A stretch of 64,000 bases of DNA from NCBI GenBank assembly GCA_016206805.1, contig JACQQX010000016.1, forward strand, positions 13,256 through 77,255, read 5' to 3'. The position numbers and the translations under genes are program-made. The notes under the pieces were generated by a model, which was given only the letters and a program-made list of their open reading frames with translations, was not told the DNA's origin and did no database searches. Positions 55,950-64,000 of this stretch are shown here, one piece after another (positions within the stretch are counted from its first letter, which is position 1; every line of letters starts with the position of its first letter). Origin of the DNA: Candidatus Omnitrophota bacterium. GTDB lineage: Bacteria; Omnitrophota; Gorgyraeia; 2-02-FULL-51-18.

Positions 55950-57469
55950 GGATTCCCCGCCTCATTCAGCCGGAATATCAGATACCGCTCCGCTTCCCGA
56001 TGTACCGAAAAATGCGTCCGCAGATAATCCTCAAAACCTTTTTCCGCTACGGCCAGGTTTTGCCGCGTCGTGACAAAATAATCCGCTCCTTTTTTCCTCA
56101 TTTCCTCCAACTGCGGGATGGATTTTTCGAGCGGGTGCGAAATCGTAATGCTCCATCCTTTCCGGTGGCAATAATAAAGAAGCGAGTGAGTGGACCCATA
56201 GGAGCTGACGATCAGCGAATCAGGCGCCGTCGTTTTCCGGACTTCCTCTCCCGCCTCAATCACATGAAGATGTTCCTTCGGAATAAAATAAAGCCCCCGA
56301 TAATAATAATAAAGTGTGGCAACCGTCATCAGCGTCATAATCCCCAGAACTATCGGCTTAAGCGCCCATTGACGTGTTTTCGGATCATCCAAAACCCGCT
56401 TGGTTCCCACACCCACAAAAACAGCGCACACCGGAAGCATGGCCAACAGATAATAATGATTCATGATGAAAATCGGCCATACCGCGGCCAAGAAAAGAAC
56501 GATGCCAAAAAACCAGACATAAAAAATCAGGCTTTCCTTTTCCGGTTTCCGGTTTAAAAAACCCAGCAGAAAAAGAATTGAGGCAACGGGTGTGAGCACG
56601 TGAATGAAAAATATTTTGAAAATCGTCACAAAGTGTCCGAGGGACAAAAGATATCCCCAGCTCAAAGGTACGACTCCCCGGTCATAGGCCAGTGTCCGGT
56701 AATTCTGGTTCATGGTAAGGGACAGCTCGTACATATTCCAGTACCAAAAAAGCGATAGGGCCGCCACCGCCAGATAAAAATAATATTTTGGGTCACGAAA
56801 AATACTCTTCCCTTGGGCGTTCCAAGCCATCACAAAAATAACCGGAAGCAAATAAAGCGTGTAAGGTTTGGTCCACAGCGCCAGCATCAAAAAAATGAGC
56901 GAGATGAAAAAATGCTTCAGGCCTCGCGTCCGACAGTACTCATAAAAAAAATAAAGGCAGGAAGCGCTGGCCAGCAACATAAACATGTCCGGCTGCACCG
57001 AACGGCTGAAGGCCACGCTAATGGGAGAAAACGCCAGAAAACATAAAGCCGCATTGGCCGCGACAATACCGTAGATCCGCTTCACGAACAAAAACATCAC
57101 CAGCATGAAAAGAAGGGAAAATAGAACCGAAACCATGCGACCGGCCCATTCCCGCACTCCGCCTGCCGCCTTGTAACTCAAAGCGATCAGATACGGCACT
57201 ACCGGCACTTCGGCGGTTTCATAATAAGGGCCTGGACCGTTCAGATCGATCTCGGGATAAAAAAAGTTGAAACCATGTTCGTAAAAATTCCGCGCGATCG
57301 TAGCGGTAGTCATCTGACGGCTGACGCTATTGTAAGGTTCCATGTAAGGCAGATCCAGATGATAGAAACGCACGGCCACCGCGGCAAAAATAATCAGCCA
57401 GAACGCGGCCTTTGCCTTACCCTTCACTTGACACCTCCCCGGCTCACTTGTAAAATCCTCGAATGCCAT
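55946..57469 (-). CDS. GT-C-fold membrane glycosyltransferase (ArnT/PMT_2-like)
   Basis: An ArnT-like N-terminal region (LDLPYMEPYNSVSRQMTTATIARNFYEHGFNFFYP) and about 12 TM helices. Confidence 0.55.
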   Translation of the reverse strand: MAFEDFTSEPGRCQVKGKAKAAFWLIIFAAVAVRFYHLDLPYMEPYNSVSRQMTTATIARNFYEHGFNFFYPEIDLNGPGPYYETAEVPVVPYLIALSYKAAGGVREWAGRMVSVLFSLLFMLVMFLFVKRIYGIVAANAALCFLAFSPISVAFSRSVQPDMFMLLASASCLYFFYEYCRTRGLKHFFISLIFLMLALWTKPYTLYLLPVIFVMAWNAQGKSIFRDPKYYFYLAVAALSLFWYWNMYELSLTMNQNYRTLAYDRGVVPLSWGYLLSLGHFVTIFKIFFIHVLTPVASILFLLGFLNRKPEKESLIFYVWFFGIVLFLAAVWPIFIMNHYYLLAMLPVCAVFVGVGTKRVLDDPKTRQWALKPIVLGIMTLMTVATLYYYYRGLYFIPKEHLHVIEAGEEVRKTTAPDSLIVSSYGSTHSLLYYCHRKGWSITISHPLEKSIPQLEEMRKKGADYFVTTRQNLAVAEKGFEDYLRTHFSVHREAERYLIFRLNEAGNP

Positions 57470-58203
57470 CCATAGCCGTCATACCCACTTACAATGAAAA
57501 ACAAAATATCGAAGAATTAATTTCTCAAATCCTGGAAACCGATCCCAACATTCACATCCTCATCGTCGACGACAAGTCTCCTGACGGCACGGATCAACTC
57601 GTCCGGGAAGCCGCCAAACGCTCCGCGCGCGTGCACCTTCTGTCCCGGGAGGGAAAACGGGGACGCGGCCTGGCCGGCATCACTGGGTTTCAATACGCCG
57701 TGCGCGAAGGATTCGATCCCATCCTGGAGATGGATGCTGACTTTTCGCACGACCCCAAAGAAATCCCCCACTTTTTGGAAGCGATCCGTTCCAGCGACGT
57801 AGTCATCGGATCGCGGTTTGTCGCCGGCGGCGGAGAGTCAGGAAGAGGCATGCACCGCCGCCTGCTATCACGGGCGGCCAACAAATTCACACGCACCGTT
57901 CTAGGCCTGGCCATCAAAGACTGCACATCCGGTTTCCGCTGCTTTCGCAGACGAGTCTTGGAGTCGCTTCCACTTCAGGATATGTTCTCTGAAGGACCCT
58001 CGATCATCGCCGAAGTCCTATGCGCCTGCAAAGCGCGCGGCTACTCCATCCGCGAAATACCGATTTGGTTTAAAAATAGAGGCCGCGGGAAATCGAAATT
58101 AAATGCCTGGAAAGTACTGATCGTCCTTTGGAATGTCGTGCGGGTTTCCCTCCACCCGCAACCGACCGTTCACGCGCGCGCCAGCGGATCGATTTCAAAA
58201 TAG
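57463..58203 (+). CDS. Polyprenyl-phosphate mannose/sugar synthase (DPM1/Ppm1-like GT2, soluble)
   Basis: IAVIPTYNEKQNIEEL...ILIVDDKSPDGTDQLV...LEMDADFSHDP...VVIGSRF are canonical DPM1-like motifs. This is one of only two plus-strand genes. Confidence 0.8.
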   Translation: MPSIAVIPTYNEKQNIEELISQILETDPNIHILIVDDKSPDGTDQLVREAAKRSARVHLLSREGKRGRGLAGITGFQYAVREGFDPILEMDADFSHDPKEIPHFLEAIRSSDVVIGSRFVAGGGESGRGMHRRLLSRAANKFTRTVLGLAIKDCTSGFRCFRRRVLESLPLQDMFSEGPSIIAEVLCACKARGYSIREIPIWFKNRGRGKSKLNAWKVLIVLWNVVRVSLHPQPTVHARASGSISK

Positions 58204-58766
58204 CAAACATTTCCAAAAAAAACGCCTCTTTGGCGGAACTCCCGAACGCTCAGCCCCTTCAGCGTTTCACGCCACTGATCTTTTCGAAGATAAGCTTTTC
58301 CGCCATCAAATAAATCCCAATATTTTTTTTGAAGCCATCCACGAAACCGCCCATCATGCCGGATATGGTCCAGGACCAGTACCCTCTCCTTGGCCACACG
58401 CTGGGCTTCGCTCAAAACCTTCGCCCATTTCTCGAAGTCGATGTGATGCAAAACAAAAAAAATGGTGACCAGGTCAAAACTTTTGTCCTTGAAAGGAAGC
58501 GCATCGGCGGAGGCCACAAGACATTGGGAGCGCGGATATTTTTGCTTACAAGCCTCAACCATTTCAGGCGAATTGTCGACAGCGGCATGTTGACGGGTCC
58601 GCTCAGGCGAATAATATAACTGCAGCGGCCCGCAGCCGATGTCCAGAACGCTCTTGCCTCCGGTCAAAGCATCCACCGAAAAACCGCCCAAACCATTCAC
58701 CGCGCTAAGCGCCCTATTTTTGTATTCATACAACGATGGAAAACGGAAAATATTTTCAGGGTTCAT
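58170..58766 (-). CDS. Class I SAM-dependent methyltransferase
   Basis: VLDIGCGPLQLYYS motif I, AVDNSPEM motif II, and FDLVTIFFVLHHI. Its 3' end overlaps the convergent plus-strand GT2 gene by 34 nt. Confidence 0.7.
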   Translation of the reverse strand: MNPENIFRFPSLYEYKNRALSAVNGLGGFSVDALTGGKSVLDIGCGPLQLYYSPERTRQHAAVDNSPEMVEACKQKYPRSQCLVASADALPFKDKSFDLVTIFFVLHHIDFEKWAKVLSEAQRVAKERVLVLDHIRHDGRFRGWLQKKYWDLFDGGKAYLRKDQWRETLKGLSVREFRQRGVFFGNVCYFEIDPLARA

Positions 58767-58769
58767 CGT

Positions 58770-59711
58770 TTAAAGGTTGACCGCTTCATCGATAATGGTC
58801 ATCGGCTGGTTTTTAACCTGCCGGTAAACCCGGCCCAGGTATTCCCCGATAATCCCTAAAAAAATGGCGTTCAGAGTGATCGAAATCAAAATTAAAACGG
58901 AGAGCGTGATAAAACCGGCGGGCCATTCCTGATGAAACAGGAATTTAATGGCCAGAAGAATGCCCAGGTAAATGACCAGACCCCCCGCGATGAGAAAACC
59001 GGTGAAAGACGCCAGGCGCAAAGGGACCAGCGAGTGGTTCAAAATACCGTCCATGGCCAAGGCCATCAATGAACCGAGACGAAACTTGCTTTCTCCATGC
59101 TGGCGGGCCAAACGATCGTATTCGATGCCGGTTTGATTGAATCCGAAAGCGGCGATAGTCCCGCGGATATAAGGGCTGGCATCGTAAAGTTTTCTCAACT
59201 GGTCCACAACCTTGCGGCTGACCAGCCTGAAATCCCCGGCATCATGCGGGAGGCCGTCATCCGATAAAAAGTCGATCAGTCGGTAAAAAATCCTCCTGAT
59301 CCGTCCCAATAACCAGCCTTCGCGCCTTGTCCGGCGAATGCCGTACACCACTTCATAGCCCTGTTTCCACTTTTTGACAAAATCCAAAATCAGCTCCGGA
59401 GGGTCCTGCAAGTCACAATCCATCTGGATGACAGCATCTCCCGAAGCCAGGCAATAGGCGGTAAAAATAGATTTTTGGTATCCAAAATTTCTTGAAAACC
59501 GGGCCACTTTCACGCGGGAATCACGCGCGGCCAGTTGTTTTAAAAGAAGAAAGCTGCCGTCCGTGCTCCGGTTATCGGTAAAAACAAATTCATAATCAAA
59601 CTCGGGGAGGCTGCTGAGAACGGCTTTTGTTTTTTCATAAAAAAGCGGGATATTCTGCTCTACGTTATAAACCGGGATGACAATGGATAGCATTTCTTTT
59701 TTATCGCTCAT
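58770..59711 (-). CDS. GT2 polyprenyl-phosphate glycosyltransferase (GtrB/ArnC-like, C-terminal TM helices)
   Basis: LSIVIPVYNVEQNIPLF...FVFTDNRSTDGSF...DCDLQDPP plus C-terminal membrane helices. Confidence 0.75.
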   Translation of the reverse strand: MSDKKEMLSIVIPVYNVEQNIPLFYEKTKAVLSSLPEFDYEFVFTDNRSTDGSFLLLKQLAARDSRVKVARFSRNFGYQKSIFTAYCLASGDAVIQMDCDLQDPPELILDFVKKWKQGYEVVYGIRRTRREGWLLGRIRRIFYRLIDFLSDDGLPHDAGDFRLVSRKVVDQLRKLYDASPYIRGTIAAFGFNQTGIEYDRLARQHGESKFRLGSLMALAMDGILNHSLVPLRLASFTGFLIAGGLVIYLGILLAIKFLFHQEWPAGFITLSVLILISITLNAIFLGIIGEYLGRVYRQVKNQPMTIIDEAVNL

Positions 59712-60594
59712 AGACGCGCCTGATCCCCTCTTTTAGAGAAACTTTCGCCTTCCAACCGGGCAAAAACCGGACATTCCCCGGATCCATGATTTCGCGTGGA
59801 CGATAGGGCCGCCCTCCCCAGTTCACCTTCAGCTTTTCGCCGGAAACATCCTCATAAATCCGGACGACTTCCCTCAAGCTGTGTTTGGCGCCAGTCCCAA
59901 CCGCATAGCTGGAATGCAGAGCGTCTTTTCTTTTTTTACACAACAGCTCCGCGGCATAAATAAAAGCGTCTACGACATCCGTGATATAAACATGGTCCAG
60001 TTTTTGGCGCCCCGGACTCAAATCCAATGTTTTTTTATTTTTGATCGATTGCGCGATGTGATGAAAGAGTTTGGGGCGAGTGTCATTGGGACAATACACA
60101 TTATAAAGCTTTAAAGTCAGGCTGGTGATCGGTGTTGTTTCGGTGTAATAACGGATGATGTCTTCAAAAGCCTGCTTGGTCGCGGCGTATAAATTGACCG
60201 GATTATACGCTTCATTGGCGTAATGCTGCCAATAAGTGCCGGCATTCACCAAATACCGGCAATCCGTCTGCCGCATGGCTTCCAGAATCTGAGTCCCCAA
60301 GAGAACATTGGACTGGATAAGGGGTTCAATGTCGGAAGGTTCATGCTCGATCAAAGTCGACGCCGCCAAATGAAAAACCACCTGAGGCTTTTTCTTCTGA
60401 AATACGCGCATAACCGACTGGGTGGACCCATCATAACTACAGATGGATCCTGAAGAAAGGGATTTGGCGGGGCTTTTTTTTAGGGAGCCGGGCCGCACCA
60501 AAAAACAGAGCTCCCATCCTCTGGCCAGAAGCTCCTGGGATAAGTGACGGCCAATGATCCCGGTCACGCCGGTAATTAACGCTGATGGACGCAT
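59701..60594 (-). CDS. NAD-dependent epimerase/dehydratase (extended SDR)
   Basis: ALITGVTGIIGRHLSQELLARGWEL Rossmann motif and a YAATKQAFE catalytic Y-x3-K. Confidence 0.7.
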   Translation of the reverse strand: MRPSALITGVTGIIGRHLSQELLARGWELCFLVRPGSLKKSPAKSLSSGSICSYDGSTQSVMRVFQKKKPQVVFHLAASTLIEHEPSDIEPLIQSNVLLGTQILEAMRQTDCRYLVNAGTYWQHYANEAYNPVNLYAATKQAFEDIIRYYTETTPITSLTLKLYNVYCPNDTRPKLFHHIAQSIKNKKTLDLSPGRQKLDHVYITDVVDAFIYAAELLCKKRKDALHSSYAVGTGAKHSLREVVRIYEDVSGEKLKVNWGGRPYRPREIMDPGNVRFLPGWKAKVSLKEGIRRVYER

Positions 60595-60660
60595 CTGACT
60601 CCCCTAAAAAGACTTAGGATAACGGATGAGATTATCGAATGCAATCGTTTTATGTCCGTC

Positions 60661-60690
60661 TTGGAAAAAGAGCCCTCTTTGTGCTAGAAT
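60661..60690 (+). promoter_or_regulatory. Candidate sigma70-like promoter for the plus-strand membrane-protein gene (TTGGAA -35, 18-bp spacer, TGnTAGAAT extended -10)
   Basis: Read from the sequence: ttggaa(60661..60666)-18 nt-TGcTAGAAT(60682..60690), only 5 nt before the ATG at 60696. This implies a leaderless or near-leaderless transcript. Sequence match only. Confidence 0.2.
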
Positions 60691-60695
60691 CCGGC

Positions 60696-62378
60696 ATGTC
60701 AAAAAAATGGATTATCGGGATCCTTTTGGCCCTCATCGGTTTTTCCTGGGCTGCCTTCCTCACCGAAAATCTTCCCTTTAACACGATGGACGACATGAAT
60801 TACCTGTACCAGGCAAAGGCCAATTCATTCCCCGCCGTTCTCAAGCGCATCGCCAATCCGCTGACGCCTACTTGGACCTATCAGTTTGGGAGCATTGTTG
60901 GAGACCAGCGGCTAATGGGCCTCAGGCCGGTAGAGCTTCTATCCTGGAAAGTGCTATTGGCCCTGTTTCATTATGATCCGGCGCCTTATTATCTTTTTAA
61001 GGCATTATGGCTGGGCATTATCGGCGTCTTTATCTTTGGCTTTATCTTATTTTTAACCCGCAACACGCTCATTTCTTTCTTGGCGGGGATTTTTTACTGC
61101 ACCACATTGCCCAACTTCATGACACTGTTTTATTTGTCCGATTTTGGATTGCTCGCCCAAATTTTTCAAGCGGCGGCAATCACTTTCTTTTTATTGATTT
61201 ACTTTCGGATTGAAGAAGGACGATTCACCGCCCGCCAAACTCTTTTATCTTGCCTGGGGCTTTTAGCCATCACGCTCTTGGGGATCAAAACCTATGAAAC
61301 GATTAAAATCCTGCCCCCTCTCTTTCTAGGCTTTTTATTCCTGAAAAATGTGCGCAATATTCCGCGATGGCTGGGCAACAGCCGGCAAATTATTTTACTC
61401 AGCGCCGTACTTCTCGGTTTTCTCATGGTCGTCCCGATAACCACAAGCTTTCAGGCTGTTGATACCAGTGGGAATGTTGCCAAAAACACTCCTCTGGTCT
61501 ATCACTGGGACACGGTGTACCGCTTTCTCATTCAAAATACCCGCAACGCCTGGGAAACCGAAGGGGACATCGCGTTTTTTTCGCTGAAATCCTATCTCCC
61601 CTTTTCCATCGCCAGAACGTTTGGGTTTTTTCTCTGCTGGCTCACTTTATTTTCAGCGCTTTGGATGGCCTTCAAACGCAACACGGGAAAGCTTGAGGCG
61701 CGGCAACGCCATACCGTTCATTTTCTGGCCCTCTGGGCGCTGGCTAATCTTGTGGCCCTGGGGCTGCCGCAAGAATCCGACGGCCGCCATCTCATGGCGC
61801 CGCTTATCCCTTTCACAATAGGCGCCGCGTTTTTAATCACGCAAACTTATCGCGGCCTCTCCAAAACCATAGCGAAGATTTTTGTCACTTTCGGCCTGGT
61901 GGGATGGGTTTTCGCTACCCTCACGAACATGAACCATGATATGTACTTCCGGAAGTTTCTGGGTGGCGTCTCAATCGCCCAGGAGAAATACATGCCTTTC
62001 ATCTATAAGGACGATCGTGGCAGCGAGTCTTACAATTTTGAAAACCTGATGGCGTACATGCGCGTGCCCGAGGGGTTATGCATATGGAACATGCGCTTTA
62101 TCGTGGACGATCTTTACGGAGACTTCAGCCAGCTGTCAAAACCGGAGAAACTTTTATCACTCCATCGCGAGTTTGGGAAAGCGTATCTGGTCACGCAGGA
62201 TGAAGGCTTGATACCGGCCCAGGACAAACGTTATGTGAAGCTGGGAAGCTTCGACCAGGTCAACAAAAGCTTATACAGCCGGTGGGTGCTCCGCTTCAAA
62301 AAAAAGAAGGCCGGAATCCATCACGTTTACAAATTTATTCCGATACAAGATTCTGCCGGGACAACCATTGCGCGATAA
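60696..62378 (+). CDS. Polytopic integral membrane protein, probable GT-C-like glycosyltransferase or polymerase (uncharacterised)
   Basis: About 12 hydrophobic helices, acidic residues in the first loop (NTMDDMNYLYQ), and a C-terminal soluble domain. Start chosen at MSKKWIIG; the ORF opens at 60639. No family signature recognised. Confidence 0.4.
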   Translation: MSKKWIIGILLALIGFSWAAFLTENLPFNTMDDMNYLYQAKANSFPAVLKRIANPLTPTWTYQFGSIVGDQRLMGLRPVELLSWKVLLALFHYDPAPYYLFKALWLGIIGVFIFGFILFLTRNTLISFLAGIFYCTTLPNFMTLFYLSDFGLLAQIFQAAAITFFLLIYFRIEEGRFTARQTLLSCLGLLAITLLGIKTYETIKILPPLFLGFLFLKNVRNIPRWLGNSRQIILLSAVLLGFLMVVPITTSFQAVDTSGNVAKNTPLVYHWDTVYRFLIQNTRNAWETEGDIAFFSLKSYLPFSIARTFGFFLCWLTLFSALWMAFKRNTGKLEARQRHTVHFLALWALANLVALGLPQESDGRHLMAPLIPFTIGAAFLITQTYRGLSKTIAKIFVTFGLVGWVFATLTNMNHDMYFRKFLGGVSIAQEKYMPFIYKDDRGSESYNFENLMAYMRVPEGLCIWNMRFIVDDLYGDFSQLSKPEKLLSLHREFGKAYLVTQDEGLIPAQDKRYVKLGSFDQVNKSLYSRWVLRFKKKKAGIHHVYKFIPIQDSAGTTIAR

Positions 62379-63588
62379 GCGCTTCGGCAAAAACATTTCC
62401 TTCGGCGGTCCAATGATGATCCAGCCGGTAATGCAGCCTGCCGGCAAAACCCTCCAAAGCCGCTTGACGGAAGGATGGCGTCAAATCCAAATAAGGAACT
62501 TCTTGGGCATCGGACCAAAACATCAGCTCTTTTTCTAAAACAGTGGTCCGGCGGACCCATTCTGGATTGATAACCATCCCTGCCTGCGACCAAACCGCTC
62601 CATACGAAGGATCATATTGAAATGGGGCGGGGGCCAATATCACACCAACCCAAATTTGCCGCGAACGGCACTCCTGAACCATGTCATTCAAGACGCCTTT
62701 CATAATGTCCCATTTCTTTTGGGATCTCTCCGAAGCGATATCCAAAGAATTGGCCCAATAATCCGGATCCAGGAGTCCAAGCGCCAATACCCAACCATCC
62801 ATCCTTCCGCGGTTGGCGGTTTCTACCCAATCGGGGTTCAAGGCCTCCCTCCATTGGTTGATTCTTGCTTCAGAAATCCCTCTGCTTTTAGCCAGATCCA
62901 CCGTGCTGTCTATCCATTTTTTGGGAATATTCTCGGACAAACCGCCAGTCTGCGCGCCAGCCTTCAAGCGCACACGCTGCAGCAACGTATACAACCGCGG
63001 AAAAAATCGATGAACCAACGGCTTGATACCCATTCCATAGCGGCCAAAAGACAACAAAGATCTGCCGGAAGCAACCTCATCCGGCGTATCGGAAACGTCA
63101 TTGGCATACAGCATGATTAAAACAGCGTCGGGATCGTATTTTAACCCTATATATTTCAAAACGCGGGCATAATCCAACGGACCTGTTCCCGCCAATCCTC
63201 CATTGATCACCCTGGTCGGACCGGATCGAGACAAGCGTGTCTCCAGAAGAGACGCCATCGATTGGCCTTCTGATACACCTACGCCCTGCGCGAATGAATC
63301 CCCTAAAAGAAGAAGACGACGTTCTTGTGGAGATTTTTTGAATGGAATTTCAGGATAACGCAATCCCTGGCTATTGGTAGTGAATTCATACGAATATTCC
63401 TCAAAATCAACACGGGAATGAAAGTGAGGCACGCAGGCTATCTGCATTTTTAAATTATCTTTGAAGCCCATGAAGGCCAAAAGCCCTTCCGCCGCAAAAA
63501 GGGACAGAAGGGATCCTCCAATCAACAAAATTCCTGCAAAAAAAAATTTTTTCACGGCGTCTTCAAGGCTCTTCGAAATCGCATCCAC
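62335..63588 (-). CDS. Secreted/membrane-anchored SGNH (GDSL-like) hydrolase/acyltransferase-family protein
   Basis: N-terminal signal/anchor, GDS block I (RLLLLGDSFAQGVGVS) and a DHHW block V (LDHHWTAEGN) as in AlgX/AlgJ-type SGNH proteins. Convergent 44-nt overlap with the plus-strand gene. Confidence 0.6.
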   Translation of the reverse strand: MDAISKSLEDAVKKFFFAGILLIGGSLLSLFAAEGLLAFMGFKDNLKMQIACVPHFHSRVDFEEYSYEFTTNSQGLRYPEIPFKKSPQERRLLLLGDSFAQGVGVSEGQSMASLLETRLSRSGPTRVINGGLAGTGPLDYARVLKYIGLKYDPDAVLIMLYANDVSDTPDEVASGRSLLSFGRYGMGIKPLVHRFFPRLYTLLQRVRLKAGAQTGGLSENIPKKWIDSTVDLAKSRGISEARINQWREALNPDWVETANRGRMDGWVLALGLLDPDYWANSLDIASERSQKKWDIMKGVLNDMVQECRSRQIWVGVILAPAPFQYDPSYGAVWSQAGMVINPEWVRRTTVLEKELMFWSDAQEVPYLDLTPSFRQAALEGFAGRLHYRLDHHWTAEGNVFAEALIAQWLSRQNLVSE

Positions 63589-64000
63589 AGAAGAATGTAA
63601 GATGCCACCCCGGCCAACAGCAGAAAGTTGATTCTTTTATAAAAGGACAAAACACCGGCCAGCGAATAAATCAATATAAGCTCAATATCCAACGGCCAAC
63701 GGGAAAGCACAATCCAGGGCAGTGCCCAAAATAAGTAGTTGTAAATGAAGGGGCTGGTTAACGAAACGTAAAAAAGAAGAAAAACCAATGCCAGAGTCCT
63801 AAAAAAGGATTCAGCCGAAATAAAAGGTTTCAAGGCCAGCCGAACCCATAACACCCCATATGCCACTATATAAGACGCCAGAAAAACTTTTCGCGCCAAG
63901 TTTTCGCTAACCGTTAAACCCGCCTTTCCCAGCGCCATCACAACAGCATAAGGAATCGTATTGGTATAAAACCGGTCTTGAAGCGCCGTCAACGCTCCAA
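63552..64000 (-). CDS. Hydrophobic membrane protein, probably N-terminally truncated by the window end
   Basis: The ORF begins with a TTG at 63992, and the frame is open to the window edge. The sequence is highly hydrophobic (LVFLLFYVSLTSPFIYNYLFWALPWIVL). No family assignment. Confidence 0.3.
   Translation of the reverse strand, partial: GALTALQDRFYTNTIPYAVVMALGKAGLTVSENLARKVFLASYIVAYGVLWVRLALKPFISAESFFRTLALVFLLFYVSLTSPFIYNYLFWALPWIVLSRWPLDIELILIYSLAGVLSFYKRINFLLLAGVASYILLWMRFRRALKTP

Noticed and set aside
57400-58203. Strand switch at ~57.4 kb as the boundary of a mobile element or genomic-island insertion
   Set aside because: Genes on both sides are the same functional class (GT-C transferases, GT2 polyprenyl-P sugar synthases, methyltransferases). 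There is no transposase, integrase or terminal repeat. It is simply a divergent operon junction.
1-64000. Search for rRNA, tRNA, CRISPR arrays and IS elements
   Set aside because: There is no stretch with the conserved rRNA/tRNA sequence character, and there are no regularly spaced short direct repeats or transposase-like ORFs. The window is essentially all protein-coding.

Overview
This window is almost entirely a coding-dense surface-glycan biosynthesis locus. About 55 genes are transcribed co-directionally on the minus strand from ~57.4 kb to the window start, and many adjacent genes have overlapping stop/start codons. The only real gaps on that strand are 29444..29566 and two 15-24 bp spacers. 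The two plus-strand genes both fall at the right-hand end, after a strand switch at ~57.4 kb: the GT2 gene 57463..58203 and the membrane-protein gene 60696..62378. I found no rRNA, tRNA, CRISPR array, IS element or integrase. The locus divides into recognisable modules. (i) 1..9 kb: carbamoyltransferase, GT9 heptosyltransferase-like, SAM methyltransferase, B12-binding radical SAM, GT2/GT4 transferases and WecB. (ii) 9..19 kb: CDP-alcohol phosphotransferase, an unusual pyruvate-kinase-like/APS-kinase-like fusion, a Wzx-like flippase, a 620-aa unknown, then HAD phosphatase, D-2-hydroxyacid dehydrogenase, NeuA-like cytidylyltransferase, FAH-family enzyme, GAPDH paralog and a putative sulfotransferase. 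(iii) 19.8..29.2 kb: a legionaminic/pseudaminic-acid-like nonulosonic acid module with a WbuX/HisH/HisF-type acetamidino-forming triad. (iv) 29.2..29.6 kb: a small excisionase-family HTH gene and the only sizeable intergenic region. (v) 29.6..36.6 kb: FkbH-like loader, DltC-like carrier protein, MBOAT, DltD/AlgX-like proteins, SDR and MaoC dehydratase. I interpret this as a Dlt-like transmembrane acylation system that uses a glycerate-derived acyl group; it is the most novel-looking system in the window. (vi) 36.6..45.6 kb and 54.3..62.4 kb: an expansion of GT-C (ArnT/PMT/YfhO-like) membrane glycosyltransferases with several polyprenyl-phosphate-sugar synthases and methyltransferases. (vii) 46.6..54.3 kb: a CDP-3,6-dideoxyhexose pathway (ddhA/B/C) coupled to an acetolactate-synthase-like ThDP enzyme (YerE-like, suggesting a branched-chain sugar) and, unusually, a DmpF/DmpG-like acetaldehyde dehydrogenase/aldolase pair. 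All functional calls rest on motif-level recognition of the translated ORFs. I could run no database searches.
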